Shown: piece after piece, positions 45,017 to 56,070 of the stretch
Layout of the letters: every line of letters begins with the position of its first letter
How positions within the stretch are numbered: the first letter of the stretch is position 1
Source of the DNA: Epithemia pelagica
Taxonomy: Eukaryota > Protista > Bacillariophyta
Assembly (NCBI GenBank): GCA_946965045.2
Contig: OX337230.1
Span: forward strand, 1,860,001-1,924,000
Direction: 5' to 3'
Length of the DNA stretch: 64,000 nucleotides
Notes under the pieces: generated by a model
Databases searched by the model: none
Seen by the model: the letters and a program-made list of their open reading frames with translations, nothing else
What the model was told of the DNA's origin: nothing
Program-made: the position numbers and the translations under genes

Positions 45017-47677
45017 ACCACAGGGCCACCGAGAGGTCGGCCACCTTTCGGGAGATGCCATCACACGGCCTACGGAGTTGGATGTATTGTGGGGAGATAA
45101 TCTCCCATCGGAACCACACACAACCATCCGGATTGTGGGGCTAAACATCAATGGACTACCCCCAATTGATAGCGACCTACACCCCAAGAACGGACTGCTG
45201 CGTGAGCTGATCACGGATACACACGCAGATATCATATGCCTTGCAGAAACCAATATAGCATGGCAACATCTCAAGGACACTGATCGCCTCGGCACTCGTA
45301 TTAGAAGGTGGTGGCAAGGAGCCACCGCACGTTGTGCATGGTACCGCACATATCCCCATGTGATGTCATCGTGGCAACCGGGGGGTACAGCTATTATCGT
45401 AAGGGCACCTGTGGCCAGCCGTGTCCAGGGATGGGGCCATGATCCGTCTGGATTGGGACGATGGACTTGGATGCGTCTGACAGGTCGCCAAAACACGCAT
45501 GTACGAGTGATCTCTGCATATAGACCTGTGCGCAATGACACAGGGCCATTCTCTGTCTATCAACAACACCGCTTGCACTATTCTTCTCAACCGGCCGATG
45601 GGCAGGAATGGATCTGCCCTCGAGATCGTATGCTCTTTGACTTGGTAGAGGAAATTCGTTCATTCCAAGCTATGGGAGACCACGTCGTGGTGTACATTGA
45701 TGGCAATGAAGACCTGCGGGGTGATAGTCCAGTCTCAACGCAGCTACATTCACTCTCTCTTCGCGAGACTGTTTTACATCATCACGGATGGCGAGGGCCT
45801 GCTACATACCAGCGGGGTCGAGCGCCCATCGATGGTGTGTTTGTCCCTATAGACCTCCAAACGACAGGCAATGCATACTTACATCTTGTGAACGGGCTTA
45901 GTGATCATATCCCTGTTGTTGTTGATGTTCCCTTTGAGGCAGCCTTTGGTGCCCCACCAACGGGCCCGGCCCCTCTACATTGCCGGCGACTTCAGTGCCG
46001 GGACCCGAGAGTAGTACGGCGCTATCTCGACGCAAACCATGGGTTCCTCACGGAAAATCGGATTTATACCCGGGCACTCGCACTGGAGAAAGCTAGTGCT
46101 TCTGGTCTCACTGCTGCCTTACAAGCTGAATATGAGGACATTGATCGGTTGAGAGTGGAGGGTATGTTCCAAGCAGAGCAACGCTGCCGAAAACTTAAGG
46201 CAGGAAAGGTTGCATGGTCTCCGGCATACCGTCATGCAGTTTTGCTTCATCAGTACTGGACACTGTTTGTTAAGATATTGGAAGGATGTAACATAAGCAA
46301 GTCAAGGCTTACCCGGCTCCGGAAAAGATTGGGCCTCCCTGTACCACCCGCATCCCCTACGGTTCAATGGGCAATGGATAACCGGGAAAGGGCATGGGCC
46401 GACCTAAAACGGGCGAGGAAACAAGCGCAATCATCACGCGCCACATGGCTGGAAGACCTGGCGTCAGCACGAGTTGAGGCAGGTCTAGAACCAGAGGCCC
46501 ACACCCTCCGGCTTCTCAAGGAACGGGAACAAATGCGTTCTAATTTCCGAAGAATCAAAGCAGTGATCTCCAATGGGCATAATAATGGCTTATACAAGGT
46601 TCAGACCCTGGATCCCCGCACAGGACAAGTGACTGACCATACCACCAAAGAAGATTTAGAAGCTGCTTGCCTTGCTGAAAATAATGCTCGGTTTCGGCAG
46701 ACCGCCAACACACCAATGCAACATGCAGCTGTTGTGGACGCATTGGGGCCTGATGGCTGCTCTGAATTGGCCACACGCATTCTTGAAACAGGGACAGTTC
46801 CAGATTGGATATGGAACCATGATCCCTTCCTGGGTGCCTATCTATCGGCTCACTACCTGCCGTACAATTCGGGAGAAACGATTGCCACGCCCATTCCTAC
46901 AAGGGACCACATCCAGGGATGGTCACGTGCCCGAGAGAGTACCTCATCTGGCATTTCTGGTATTCACTTTGGCCACTTCAAAGCCGGTATCCAACATGAC
47001 CAGATAGCTGTTTTTGAGGCCCTGATGTCAAGCATACCCTGGGACACCGGGTATTCACCCAAATGTTGGCAGAAGGGGGTTAATGTCACGTTGGAGAAAA
47101 AACCAGGAGTCTGGTTAGTCCATCGTTTACGGACCGTGTTATTGTTTGAAGCTGATTTTAACCATGGGAACAAGTGGATAGGACGGGCAGTTATGCGTCT
47201 CGCTGAGAAACACGGGCGGCTCGTCCCAGAACAGTATGGCAGCCGAAGGTTCCATACCTCTATCGATCAAGTGGTGAACAAACGTTTGACCTATGATTGC
47301 ATTCGACAGTTACGTGTGGATGCGGCATTATGCTCAAACGATGCCAAATCTTGCTATGACAGGATTACCCATCCTGCTGCAGGGTTGGCACTACGTCGAG
47401 CAGGAACTCCTATCCCTGCGGTCCGTTGTATGCTGGGTACTTTCCAAGAGCTGAGGCATTTCATCCGATCAGCCCATGGTACCTCAGTGGCGTTCTTTGA
47501 TGCCAATGATGGCAGTGGTCTACCCATCAGTGGAATCGGTCAAGGAAATGGCAGTGGCCCCGCCGTGTGGGCATTCATGTGTTGCCCTTTATTTGAGGGC
47601 ATGAGGACAGCAGGTCATGGTGTCATCTTTGTTTGCCCATTTTCACACTCATGCTTCCCATTTGTAGGGTATGCCAT
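45000..47677 (+). CDS. LINE ORF2, 5' part: APE endonuclease and RT domains up to the catalytic motif
   Basis: NINGL, AETN, SAYRP, DGNE, PIDGVF and SDH (APE); EADFN, QYGSR, SNDAKSCYDRI and GQGNGSGP (RT). Confidence 0.9.
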
Positions 47678-48462
47678 TGTTACAATTCTTTCTGAATCGT
47701 AGGGACATTGATGCTCGGTAGAGCAGACAATCAGGTAGGTCACCAACCGATAGTAGTATCTCCACGGGTCAGAGATACAACCAAGTCGTAGTCTATCAAA
47801 AGGATAGTCGGGACACAAAAGAGGATGTGATAAATGGTGATATTGTTAGATTGTGTGTTGATTACTACGATAGGTCTACGTGAAATGTTCGGTCCTGCCA
47901 AGGGTCATGTGTCATAGGTTCTTGGCGGCAACAGGTTTGGAATAGTTGGAGTCGATTCATGTGATGTATATGACATGTATATGTGGACGGATAACATATA
48001 CAGGGTCAACAGCTCTTGCTTTGGGTTGGCATAGTTGTTTTCATGGCGCGCAGCTTGTTGACAATTTGGAGATTGTGGGAATGGAAATATGGTCTCGCGT
48101 GATCGTGTGTCGTGCTTGGGATACTTAGACCGTTGGGTCGGATAGATGCCGACAGCGCTCGGATGTCGCTTGGGCGCGCTCGATGATTTCGGGCGCGTAC
48201 GCTTAGGGCGTTAGTATAATGTCCGAGCAACGGCCAAATTTACGTCCGTTGTAATACCGCACGACCCAGTTTAGTCTTGAGAGTGAGTTCGTCAATCTAT
48301 TCTCACTTTTCATGATTTGCGAAGAAATATAGGTCGATATAGCGCGAAGCTAGGGAACATAGCTCGAAGCTAGATGGCATGATGCGATAGCACGAGGCTA
48401 TGTGACATGGGGAATCGATGAGATGTAGAATCTAACCACCATAGACGGTGAGAATTCTAACA
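47678..48462 (-). repeat. 3' LTR of the copia element
   Basis: TGTTACA...CTAACA; one difference seen relative to 55281-56065 (C48194/T55797). Confidence 0.97.
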
Positions 48463-51400
48463 CTCCCCACAACTCGTCGTTTCAGCCTTGTCATCATTGG
48501 ATTTGTTGAGGTCTTGAACTTCTCCTTTCCAAAACAACAATGGCTTGAGCATGGGCCAAATAGATACGAAATCCCAATGTTTGCTAAGGATATTGGCAGG
48601 GTTGGTCTTTCCATCTTTCCAGTAGAATGCAACATACTTTGCTGCGATGGCTTCACAAACTCGGTGGTATGACAGAAGATGGTGTCTCTTGGATAGTATG
48701 GAATGAGGAACGGTTGCATTGAGCACAACAGATCTGTTATCTCCGTACATGTAACTTCGCTCTCGGATAGGTACTCCAAGGTAGCGGAGAGAATGTCGTA
48801 ATTCTGTAATCTGATCTATTGCTGTCCTTGCAGCCACAAACTCGGATCCATAGGTAGCAGTTTCCACCGTGCTCTGTCTCTTGCTGTACCAGTCAATAGG
48901 TGTTCCGTTCAACAAATGTAGAACAGCAGTGACGGATTTACCAGTGACTATGTCATGCATGAGATTGGCATCAACATAATGAGTTGTGGTAACATAGCGG
49001 CCAAGAGGTGTTGGGCAGTCTTCAGGAATACGTTCACTTGCATTCGAATAGACAGTGCGAGTCCAATCAAATTCTTGGGTAGGAAGACTTGAATAATCAG
49101 GCTCTCCAATCCTAAATCTGATTGCGCCTTCTGGTAGATGTGCAAGGTATCCATAGATACGCTTGGCTCTATCAAGATGTCCTTTCCTCGGAGCAGCACG
49201 AAAGCGTGATAGCGTCATTGTAGCGGTGAAGACGTCGAAACGACCAATAGTGATCACCCATTGGAGTTGTCCAATCAGAGTTTGGAAATGGCTAGTACCT
49301 TCTTCATCAAGGAGCTCAGAATCATCCAATTCAGGATGGTCTCCACCAATAAGAGGTGTTTTGGCTTTCTTGGGTTTCTCCTTGAAGATTCGTTCGAAAG
49401 TGTCCATCATCTTACCAATGTAGCGTCTTGGATCTGCTACTAATGTTCCATCAGAATCCTTGGTGTAACAACATCCCAAGTGGAAATCAATAGGTCCATC
49501 TCCTTTGAGTTTGAAGTTGTATTTCTCCTTCAGGATCTTGCAGATATTCCCAGGATCAGTAGAAATAATGGCTAGGTCATCAACGTATAGGGCAATGTAT
49601 TCGTAACAGTCTTCTCCAGGTGCTTTCCTCATCCAGATATCCGGATCTGCTTTGCTTGGTGAAAATCCCATGTCTGTCAAAACATCGAATAAGACATCAT
49701 GCCAGCGTGCGCCTGATGACTTCAATCCATAAAATGCCTTGTATATAATCAGGATGTGACCTTCTAATTCCTTGAATTCAGGTCCTGCGACAATGAAAAT
49801 TTTCTCCCCTGTCAAGGCTTCCAGATATGCGTTTCCAATATCTGCTCCCCATATTTCCAAGTCATTCAAAGTACCCAGAAATAAGGCAATGCGGAGGTTG
49901 CGAATGGAAACAACACCTGAATAGATTGTCTCAACAGGTTCTTTTGTGAGATGTCCATCTGCGACAAGTCTTGCTTTATGTCGTCCATCATGTTTTACGT
50001 CAAAGACAAGATGTACACGTATCTTATGATATCCTTCAGGTGCATTGGATACTTTCCCTTTAATGAAGATGGCTTTCCCAAAATCCTTGAATGTCTTGTA
50101 GGACTGGATCTGTGACAATTCTAATTCTGTTGCATCCTGCCACTTTGTGTTGCCATGTTGTTTATCAAGAGCGACAGCTTCCTCATAATTGCGTGGTACT
50201 TGGAATCCAAACTTATACTTGACGGAATGGTGAACTTGTTTAATCCTTGACTGTTTGGCTGCTCGAATGAGACGTTTGCTTGTTTTGACATAACGTTTCA
50301 AATGCTTCCATCCAGGTTCGTTGAGTAAACCATGTTTCTTTCCATAAATTGCTACAGTGATCGGATCATCATTGGCGATGAGTGATAAAGGTTCATAGGT
50401 AGTCTCCCCAGTTTCCCAATCAACAAGCAAATTATATTTGCTCCCCTTGTAATCTGGATCAGTTGTGTTCAGTGGGCCTTGATGGGCAATGACGTCCCTG
50501 AACCTGAAAAGATTATCTCCAGAGGTTTGAGCTTGGTTATCTCGTTCGATATACTCCATGAGTTGATTATAGGATATCATCTCATCAACATCAGAATTTG
50601 TCTTTCGGTAGATGTACTTGACACGTTCTTCCTGTTTCGTTGCTTCTTCATTAAGATCAATGACTCGTTTGATGACACGTGCACGGTGTCGCTCCCCATT
50701 TTCTTCTGTGTCGCATAGGAATGTGCGTCCTATCATGTCGTCAAAATCGATCGTGGGCATTGGTTTGGATGGATCTTCACTATCACTGCGAATGAAGACA
50801 GTGTCAGCTTGCTTATCATTGTCATCCTTCTCAGACGAATCCTCCCCTGAAGGTCGATCCACACGTAGGTTAGGTGTAGTGGATTCAACACGGCGAACGG
50901 CAGAACGGTAGATTATCTGGTTATCCTGGGTGAGAATCTTCCAAGTAAAAGAATCACCAACGTTGTGAGCAAAACCAACCCAGTGGCCAAGTTTCTCATC
51001 AGAAGAAGATGGATATGAACCAGAATTGGGTTCAGCTGGGTCGACACGGTAGTAAACCTCATCCCAGAAAGGAAAGAACAAGAGATGAGTAATGTCGGGT
51101 GGGCGTCCGGAGAGAGCCTCAAGAGGAGTGCGACCGGAATGGGTGGGTGATGACGTATGGTTCAATAAGTCACAGACATACTCAAGGCAAAGAAGCCAGG
51201 TGTTGGCAGGGCAACCAGTGGCATTCATGAGAGCGTTGGTCATACGTTTAACGGTCTGGTAACGGTTTTCAGCCTTATTCTGGTGTTGATGATAAGGTTC
51301 GGATCGATACTCCCCAATGAGCAAAGTGCGAAGAATGTCTTTGACCTTTTGAGAGATGAGAGATGAACCACCATCACTGATAAGAGTTTCCATGGCACCA

Positions 51401-54144
51401 CGAAACCGGATGTTGTCCTGAAGAGTATTGACAAACTGTTTGGTTGACTTGATCCCATAGATATCAGTAACCAGAGTATCTCGACCAACAAAGATTTGTG
51501 CGACTTTACCGCCATGGTCAACAGCAGGGGTGTCGGAGAAAACCGAGTCAGTAGCAACGGGTTCATGGCGTCGAGGTATATTAAGGACCGGATTGCGAGC
51601 CTTGAAATGTTTCTTGAGGGTGTCGTAGTCAAAAGTAATGCTACCATTACGTGTAGTGTGCTTGAACGTATCGGCAATAACATCCTCAGATTGCCAACCA
51701 AAGAATGGACGGAACTTCTTACAGTCATACGCTTCCTGGTAACGACGGTGGACAGAGGCATGAAGTGTAGGATCATTACCTTCGGCGTCAGCATAGATAG
51801 AAAAGAAGGGTGCGTCGTCAGGTCCATGATCGTATGGGAGATCCAAAAGGAGATTGAGGTTACAAACAACACGATCAGTGTACTCCCCATAGTTGTCATA
51901 TGGATGGTTCGACATACTACCATCAGTCTTGACGTGTTTCCAATCAGGATCATTGTCAGAGGGTGTGGGAGAATACGAATGGTCCAGAACACCAGGATCC
52001 CATGTGTCGGGTGACGTGAAGATGATCTGAGGTAATGTATCCATGTCATCGTCGCTGGGGATACCCAAGGAGTGAATGTAGGCTAACCCATCCTTGATGT
52101 GAAGGGGTATAGCACGACCATCAAGTGTAGTGATGCGTTGTTTACCATCAACTTTAACAGATCGTTCATCAACAGCAAGTCCAAAATGCTCAAATTGACC
52201 AGGAGCATGGATAGACAAGCCCTTTCCATAATAAGCATATTCATTGAAGATGCCGACAATAGGTCCATCATTGGTCTCAAACTTTGCGGCACATGTGACG
52301 ACAGGAAGTCCAGTAAGCTCATGGTTGTCAATACCCACAATAGTGATATGGCGGCCAGTCTTAGAAAGGATGCGCATGTCAGAACCAGCAAGTCCTCCAT
52401 TAGCACCACGGTCAATCAATTGATTTCCTGGTAAAGTAGATTTCCTGGAAAACAAATAGCGTGGAACATGTCCTGCTTGTTTATGCATGTTGGCTTTGAA
52501 AGTAACCTTCTTGCTCGTCTTGGACTTGGCGTTAGAAAGAACACTAGTCAGGTCAGTTGCCGGGTGATTGATATCAGTCGTCATGGCTTGGTTGATAAAT
52601 TGTGTAACCGGATCTGAATCATCTGGATGCTCAGGGACTACGCCAGGTGAGTCATTATCAGATGCACCTTGGTTGGGGTCAGGATCAGGTTCCGGATCAA
52701 TGTCGAGGGCATGTGTTTGCACTTTCCTCGGTGTTGTTGATGAAGGTGCTTGAATCATCTTGTTATACTCAATGATCAACTTGCGATCTTCTTCAGAAAG
52801 TTTGAACCATAGGTCACGCGGTAGACTAACCTTGGACGAAGAGGATGGAGATTCAGATGTCGCTGTGGTGTTGTGGACATGATACTCCATATCATCTTGT
52901 GAGGTTATGTCAGCATCTGTATCTTGGCCATATAGTGATTCATGTTGTTTGACATGTCGACGGCGACTATGAACAGATGACTGGGTTGCTTGATCATGGT
53001 CATAAGCTGCGTCTAGAAGGAGACGGAAGTATGATTGATAGCAAAGGGATTTTGCACCGGATTTGGTGTTCACCACATTATCCAAGATCTTGACTCGGCG
53101 GAGATCAGGTACCTTTTCTACAGCTTGCATGAGGAAGGTCATCCTGGTATGATCAGGGATGCGATCAGACAATGTCACTAGATTGTCTAGCAAACGTAGC
53201 TGCTCTTGAAAGTGTAGAAGAAATTGACGTGTTGTTCCGCGCCATGTGTCGTCAAGACGTGGATTGGAAATGTAGTTGGTTAAACAGAGGACTTCTCGCT
53301 TTGCTAGGTCGGATTCGGTATGCAAAGAGTGTAACTTCTGCAATACGGCACGCGCATCTTCATCATGTTCATGTTCACGTACATAGGCTCGACCTTGGTC
53401 AGTCTGAATGATACGGACAAGAACGGAGTAAAGAAATACTTGTTGCTCTTGAAAAAGTTCTTCGGCATACTCATCATCATGGGGTGGTGTGTATTTGAAA
53501 TTCAGAACGTTGGATAGGCCTTGAGCCTTAGCTGTAGTCTTGAATACACGCCAGAATGAATCGTAGTATTGTTCATCCTTGAATACCTCATATGCAGTTG
53601 CGTCGCGCTTAGTCCCCTTTCTGAATGCGGTAAGGTCTTGTTGAGATTGGGATGCGGCAGTAACTGTGCTGACAGATTTCACAGATGACGGTGACTTCAT
53701 TGGCGAGACTGGGACTTGGCTAGGTGGTCCCTTAGAGAAATCTGTGTTGATCCTCCAAGTGTTGAACTCTTTCCTCGTTAGGTTCATCCAGTCGCTATTG
53801 GATAGCTCGTCTTGAATTTCATTGGTCTTGTATATGGCCCAATAAGCCAAGAGCTTAATCTGCTGTCTTGTGGGGCCTTGTAGATCATGTGTCTGTTTGT
53901 TGACCTTGTATTGTGTCAGTTCCTTCATGGATTCCTCGGTATTAGTTTGCATGTACGAGATAACATGGGTAATGTTCTCAAAACCATGGTATTTCATCCA
54001 CTTCATTAAGTAGTCGGCCCTTTCTTTGGTAAAGAATTGGCAGACAGTAAATATGATGTGGTCGAATAGGTCTGTGTTCGAGACATTGTCTTGGTTATCT
54101 TCTCCCTTAGGAGTCGTAGGTGTCTTGGGTGATTGAGGATCCAT
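48457..54144 (-). CDS. Copia gag-pol polyprotein, 1895 aa
   Basis: Protease LIDRGANGG; integrase DSVFSD / ISDGG / KAENRYQ; RT HKARLVADG, DIGNAYL, YGLKSSG and YVDD; RNase H YVDAN, TYGSEF and GDN. Confidence 0.96.
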   Translation of the reverse strand: MDPQSPKTPTTPKGEDNQDNVSNTDLFDHIIFTVCQFFTKERADYLMKWMKYHGFENITHVISYMQTNTEESMKELTQYKVNKQTHDLQGPTRQQIKLLAYWAIYKTNEIQDELSNSDWMNLTRKEFNTWRINTDFSKGPPSQVPVSPMKSPSSVKSVSTVTAASQSQQDLTAFRKGTKRDATAYEVFKDEQYYDSFWRVFKTTAKAQGLSNVLNFKYTPPHDDEYAEELFQEQQVFLYSVLVRIIQTDQGRAYVREHEHDEDARAVLQKLHSLHTESDLAKREVLCLTNYISNPRLDDTWRGTTRQFLLHFQEQLRLLDNLVTLSDRIPDHTRMTFLMQAVEKVPDLRRVKILDNVVNTKSGAKSLCYQSYFRLLLDAAYDHDQATQSSVHSRRRHVKQHESLYGQDTDADITSQDDMEYHVHNTTATSESPSSSSKVSLPRDLWFKLSEEDRKLIIEYNKMIQAPSSTTPRKVQTHALDIDPEPDPDPNQGASDNDSPGVVPEHPDDSDPVTQFINQAMTTDINHPATDLTSVLSNAKSKTSKKVTFKANMHKQAGHVPRYLFSRKSTLPGNQLIDRGANGGLAGSDMRILSKTGRHITIVGIDNHELTGLPVVTCAAKFETNDGPIVGIFNEYAYYGKGLSIHAPGQFEHFGLAVDERSVKVDGKQRITTLDGRAIPLHIKDGLAYIHSLGIPSDDDMDTLPQIIFTSPDTWDPGVLDHSYSPTPSDNDPDWKHVKTDGSMSNHPYDNYGEYTDRVVCNLNLLLDLPYDHGPDDAPFFSIYADAEGNDPTLHASVHRRYQEAYDCKKFRPFFGWQSEDVIADTFKHTTRNGSITFDYDTLKKHFKARNPVLNIPRRHEPVATDSVFSDTPAVDHGGKVAQIFVGRDTLVTDIYGIKSTKQFVNTLQDNIRFRGAMETLISDGGSSLISQKVKDILRTLLIGEYRSEPYHQHQNKAENRYQTVKRMTNALMNATGCPANTWLLCLEYVCDLLNHTSSPTHSGRTPLEALSGRPPDITHLLFFPFWDEVYYRVDPAEPNSGSYPSSSDEKLGHWVGFAHNVGDSFTWKILTQDNQIIYRSAVRRVESTTPNLRVDRPSGEDSSEKDDNDKQADTVFIRSDSEDPSKPMPTIDFDDMIGRTFLCDTEENGERHRARVIKRVIDLNEEATKQEERVKYIYRKTNSDVDEMISYNQLMEYIERDNQAQTSGDNLFRFRDVIAHQGPLNTTDPDYKGSKYNLLVDWETGETTYEPLSLIANDDPITVAIYGKKHGLLNEPGWKHLKRYVKTSKRLIRAAKQSRIKQVHHSVKYKFGFQVPRNYEEAVALDKQHGNTKWQDATELELSQIQSYKTFKDFGKAIFIKGKVSNAPEGYHKIRVHLVFDVKHDGRHKARLVADGHLTKEPVETIYSGVVSIRNLRIALFLGTLNDLEIWGADIGNAYLEALTGEKIFIVAGPEFKELEGHILIIYKAFYGLKSSGARWHDVLFDVLTDMGFSPSKADPDIWMRKAPGEDCYEYIALYVDDLAIISTDPGNICKILKEKYNFKLKGDGPIDFHLGCCYTKDSDGTLVADPRRYIGKMMDTFERIFKEKPKKAKTPLIGGDHPELDDSELLDEEGTSHFQTLIGQLQWVITIGRFDVFTATMTLSRFRAAPRKGHLDRAKRIYGYLAHLPEGAIRFRIGEPDYSSLPTQEFDWTRTVYSNASERIPEDCPTPLGRYVTTTHYVDANLMHDIVTGKSVTAVLHLLNGTPIDWYSKRQSTVETATYGSEFVAARTAIDQITELRHSLRYLGVPIRERSYMYGDNRSVVLNATVPHSILSKRHHLLSYHRVCEAIAAKYVAFYWKDGKTNPANILSKHWDFVSIWPMLKPLLFWKGEVQDLNKSNDDKAETTSCGEC

Positions 54145-54464
54145 GGTGTTATTTGGTTGGTTCGATGTTTATTTAATGTGCGGTGTGATGTGGTTTATTT
54201 AATGTGTGATGTGATGTGAACCCGGATGTACCACGTGTGCCACGTATGTACCACGTATATGATACCCGGATGTGTGTTGTGATGTGCGACTCCTGGAAAT
54301 TTCCGTTGATTTCGACAAATTTTCGCCGAGTTTCAACAAATTTTCGCCGAATTTTCGCGATTTGACGGGAATGTGTGGCGTGTTGTGCGACCAAGGGTAC
54401 CCGGATGTGCGTTGAGTTTAAGTCTTGGAAAGGTTTTGAGAGGACGGGAGTTAACTATGAGTAA

Positions 54465-55244
54465 TTAAGCTTCGGTCTCCGAATCCCCACTCTCTTCCGA
54501 ATAATCAGAGTCGTTTCCAGGCTCAGAGGGGGCAGCACAAGCAACAGAAGAAGGGGTATCACCTTCAGCCAGGTGATTCTCGACCTCGGTACGCAAAGGG
54601 AAGATAGTTGCACGATGGTCCTCGATGGTATGGACCTCGTGGATGTAGGCAACGTAGTTATCTAGGCGTACAACGTTAGGAGGCAGAGGGCAAGTCGTCG
54701 CGTTCACGACGTGGATGGTATTGTAGTATCCAGTTGGGCGCTCGAAGGTTAGGAAGCGGAGGTGGACAGTACGGATGGGGTTGCCCGAGAGGGCGGCCAA
54801 GATGAGGCGACGCCTCGGAGAACGATGAAGTTGGTCGTTCAGACGGTCAATGTCTTCTTGGTCGACGATGTGGGTCACCGATTGGAACTGGCGTTCGATC
54901 TGGGTCTCCCCACGGATGATCTCGGGATCGAAGGTCGAACAAGTTGGTTGACGGAAGTACTTGATATGATCAGCAATCAACCGGGTGGTACGACGGGATC
55001 GAGAAGGGACGAGCCGACGAGGCGGACTCGGGGGCCGAAGCAACGGCGCAGGGATCGGAGCGTGAGGCTGGGTTGGAGTCTCGAATGGGTTGCTGTTGGA
55101 ACTGTCGACGGAGATGTTGACCGATGTGTTGGCTGCCTTCGGCGTCGGCACCAGTTCCTGCTGCACCAGGGTATCGGGCTGCCCGGGATGCAGTTTGGCT
55201 CGATAGATCTGTCGTACAGGAGTGATAAGCTCGTTAGTATCCAT
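54465..55244 (-). CDS. Extra 259-aa ORF in the copia 5' leader, function unknown
   Basis: ATG 36 bp after the 5' LTR, sense to gag-pol, uninterrupted; Pro-rich N-terminal half and acidic C-terminus. Confidence 0.55.
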   Translation of the reverse strand: MDTNELITPVRQIYRAKLHPGQPDTLVQQELVPTPKAANTSVNISVDSSNSNPFETPTQPHAPIPAPLLRPPSPPRRLVPSRSRRTTRLIADHIKYFRQPTCSTFDPEIIRGETQIERQFQSVTHIVDQEDIDRLNDQLHRSPRRRLILAALSGNPIRTVHLRFLTFERPTGYYNTIHVVNATTCPLPPNVVRLDNYVAYIHEVHTIEDHRATIFPLRTEVENHLAEGDTPSSVACAAPSEPGNDSDYSEESGDSETEA

Positions 55245-55266
55245 GAAACCACAAGGAAATAAGCTT

Positions 55267-55280
55267 TGAGACTGTTAATC
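55267..55280 (-). promoter_or_regulatory. Putative primer-binding site complementary to the anticodon arm of tRNA-Asn(GUU)
   Basis: The + strand reads TGAGA-CTGTTAA-TC directly against the LTR, i.e. a tRNA 5' anticodon stem, a 7-nt loop with GTT, and 2 nt of the 3' stem. Confidence 0.6.
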
Positions 55281-56065
55281 TGTTACAATTCTTTCTGAAT
55301 CGTAGGGACATTGATGCTCGGTAGAGCAGACAATCAGGTAGGTCACCAACCGATAGTAGTATCTCCACGGGTCAGAGATACAACCAAGTCGTAGTCTATC
55401 AAAAGGATAGTCGGGACACAAAAGAGGATGTGATAAATGGTGATATTGTTAGATTGTGTGTTGATTACTACGATAGGTCTACGTGAAATGTTCGGTCCTG
55501 CCAAGGGTCATGTGTCATAGGTTCTTGGCGGCAACAGGTTTGGAATAGTTGGAGTCGATTCATGTGATGTATATGACATGTATATGTGGACGGATAACAT
55601 ATACAGGGTCAACAGCTCTTGCTTTGGGTTGGCATAGTTGTTTTCATGGCGCGCAGCTTGTTGACAATTTGGAGATTGTGGGAATGGAAATATGGTCTCG
55701 CGTGATCGTGTGTCGTGCTTGGGATACTTAGACCGTTGGGTCGGATAGATGCCGACAGCGCTCGGATGTCGCTTGGGCGCGCTCGATGATTTCGGGTGCG
55801 TACGCTTAGGGCGTTAGTATAATGTCCGAGCAACGGCCAAATTTACGTCCGTTGTAATACCGCACGACCCAGTTTAGTCTTGAGAGTGAGTTCGTCAATC
55901 TATTCTCACTTTTCATGATTTGCGAAGAAATATAGGTCGATATAGCGCGAAGCTAGGGAACATAGCTCGAAGCTAGATGGCATGATGCGATAGCACGAGG
56001 CTATGTGACATGGGGAATCGATGAGATGTAGAATCTAACCACCATAGACGGTGAGAATTCTAACA
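55281..56065 (-). repeat. 5' LTR of the copia element
   Basis: 785 bp, near-identical to 47678-48462. Confidence 0.97.
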
Positions 56066-56070
56066 GCCAT

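Larger units (their letters stand above)
47678..56065 (-). mobile_element. Ty1/copia LTR retrotransposon (CoDi-like), 8388 bp, 5-bp TSD GCCAT
   Basis: 785-bp TG...CA LTRs; GCCAT at 47673-47677 and 56066-56070; polypurine tract next to the 3' LTR (48463-48476); gag-PR-INT-RT-RNase H domain order. Confidence 0.97.

Noticed and set aside
48432-53411. Numerous plus-strand and alternative-frame ORFs within gag-pol (e.g. 51240-52049, 51496-52014)
   Set aside because: Overlapping shadows of the polyprotein frame with no independent evidence.
55240-55300. A tRNA-Asn gene next to the LTR
   Set aside because: Only the 14-nt anticodon-arm match is present, with no acceptor stem or T arm. Interpreted as a PBS. 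No rRNA or tRNA genes were recognised in the window.
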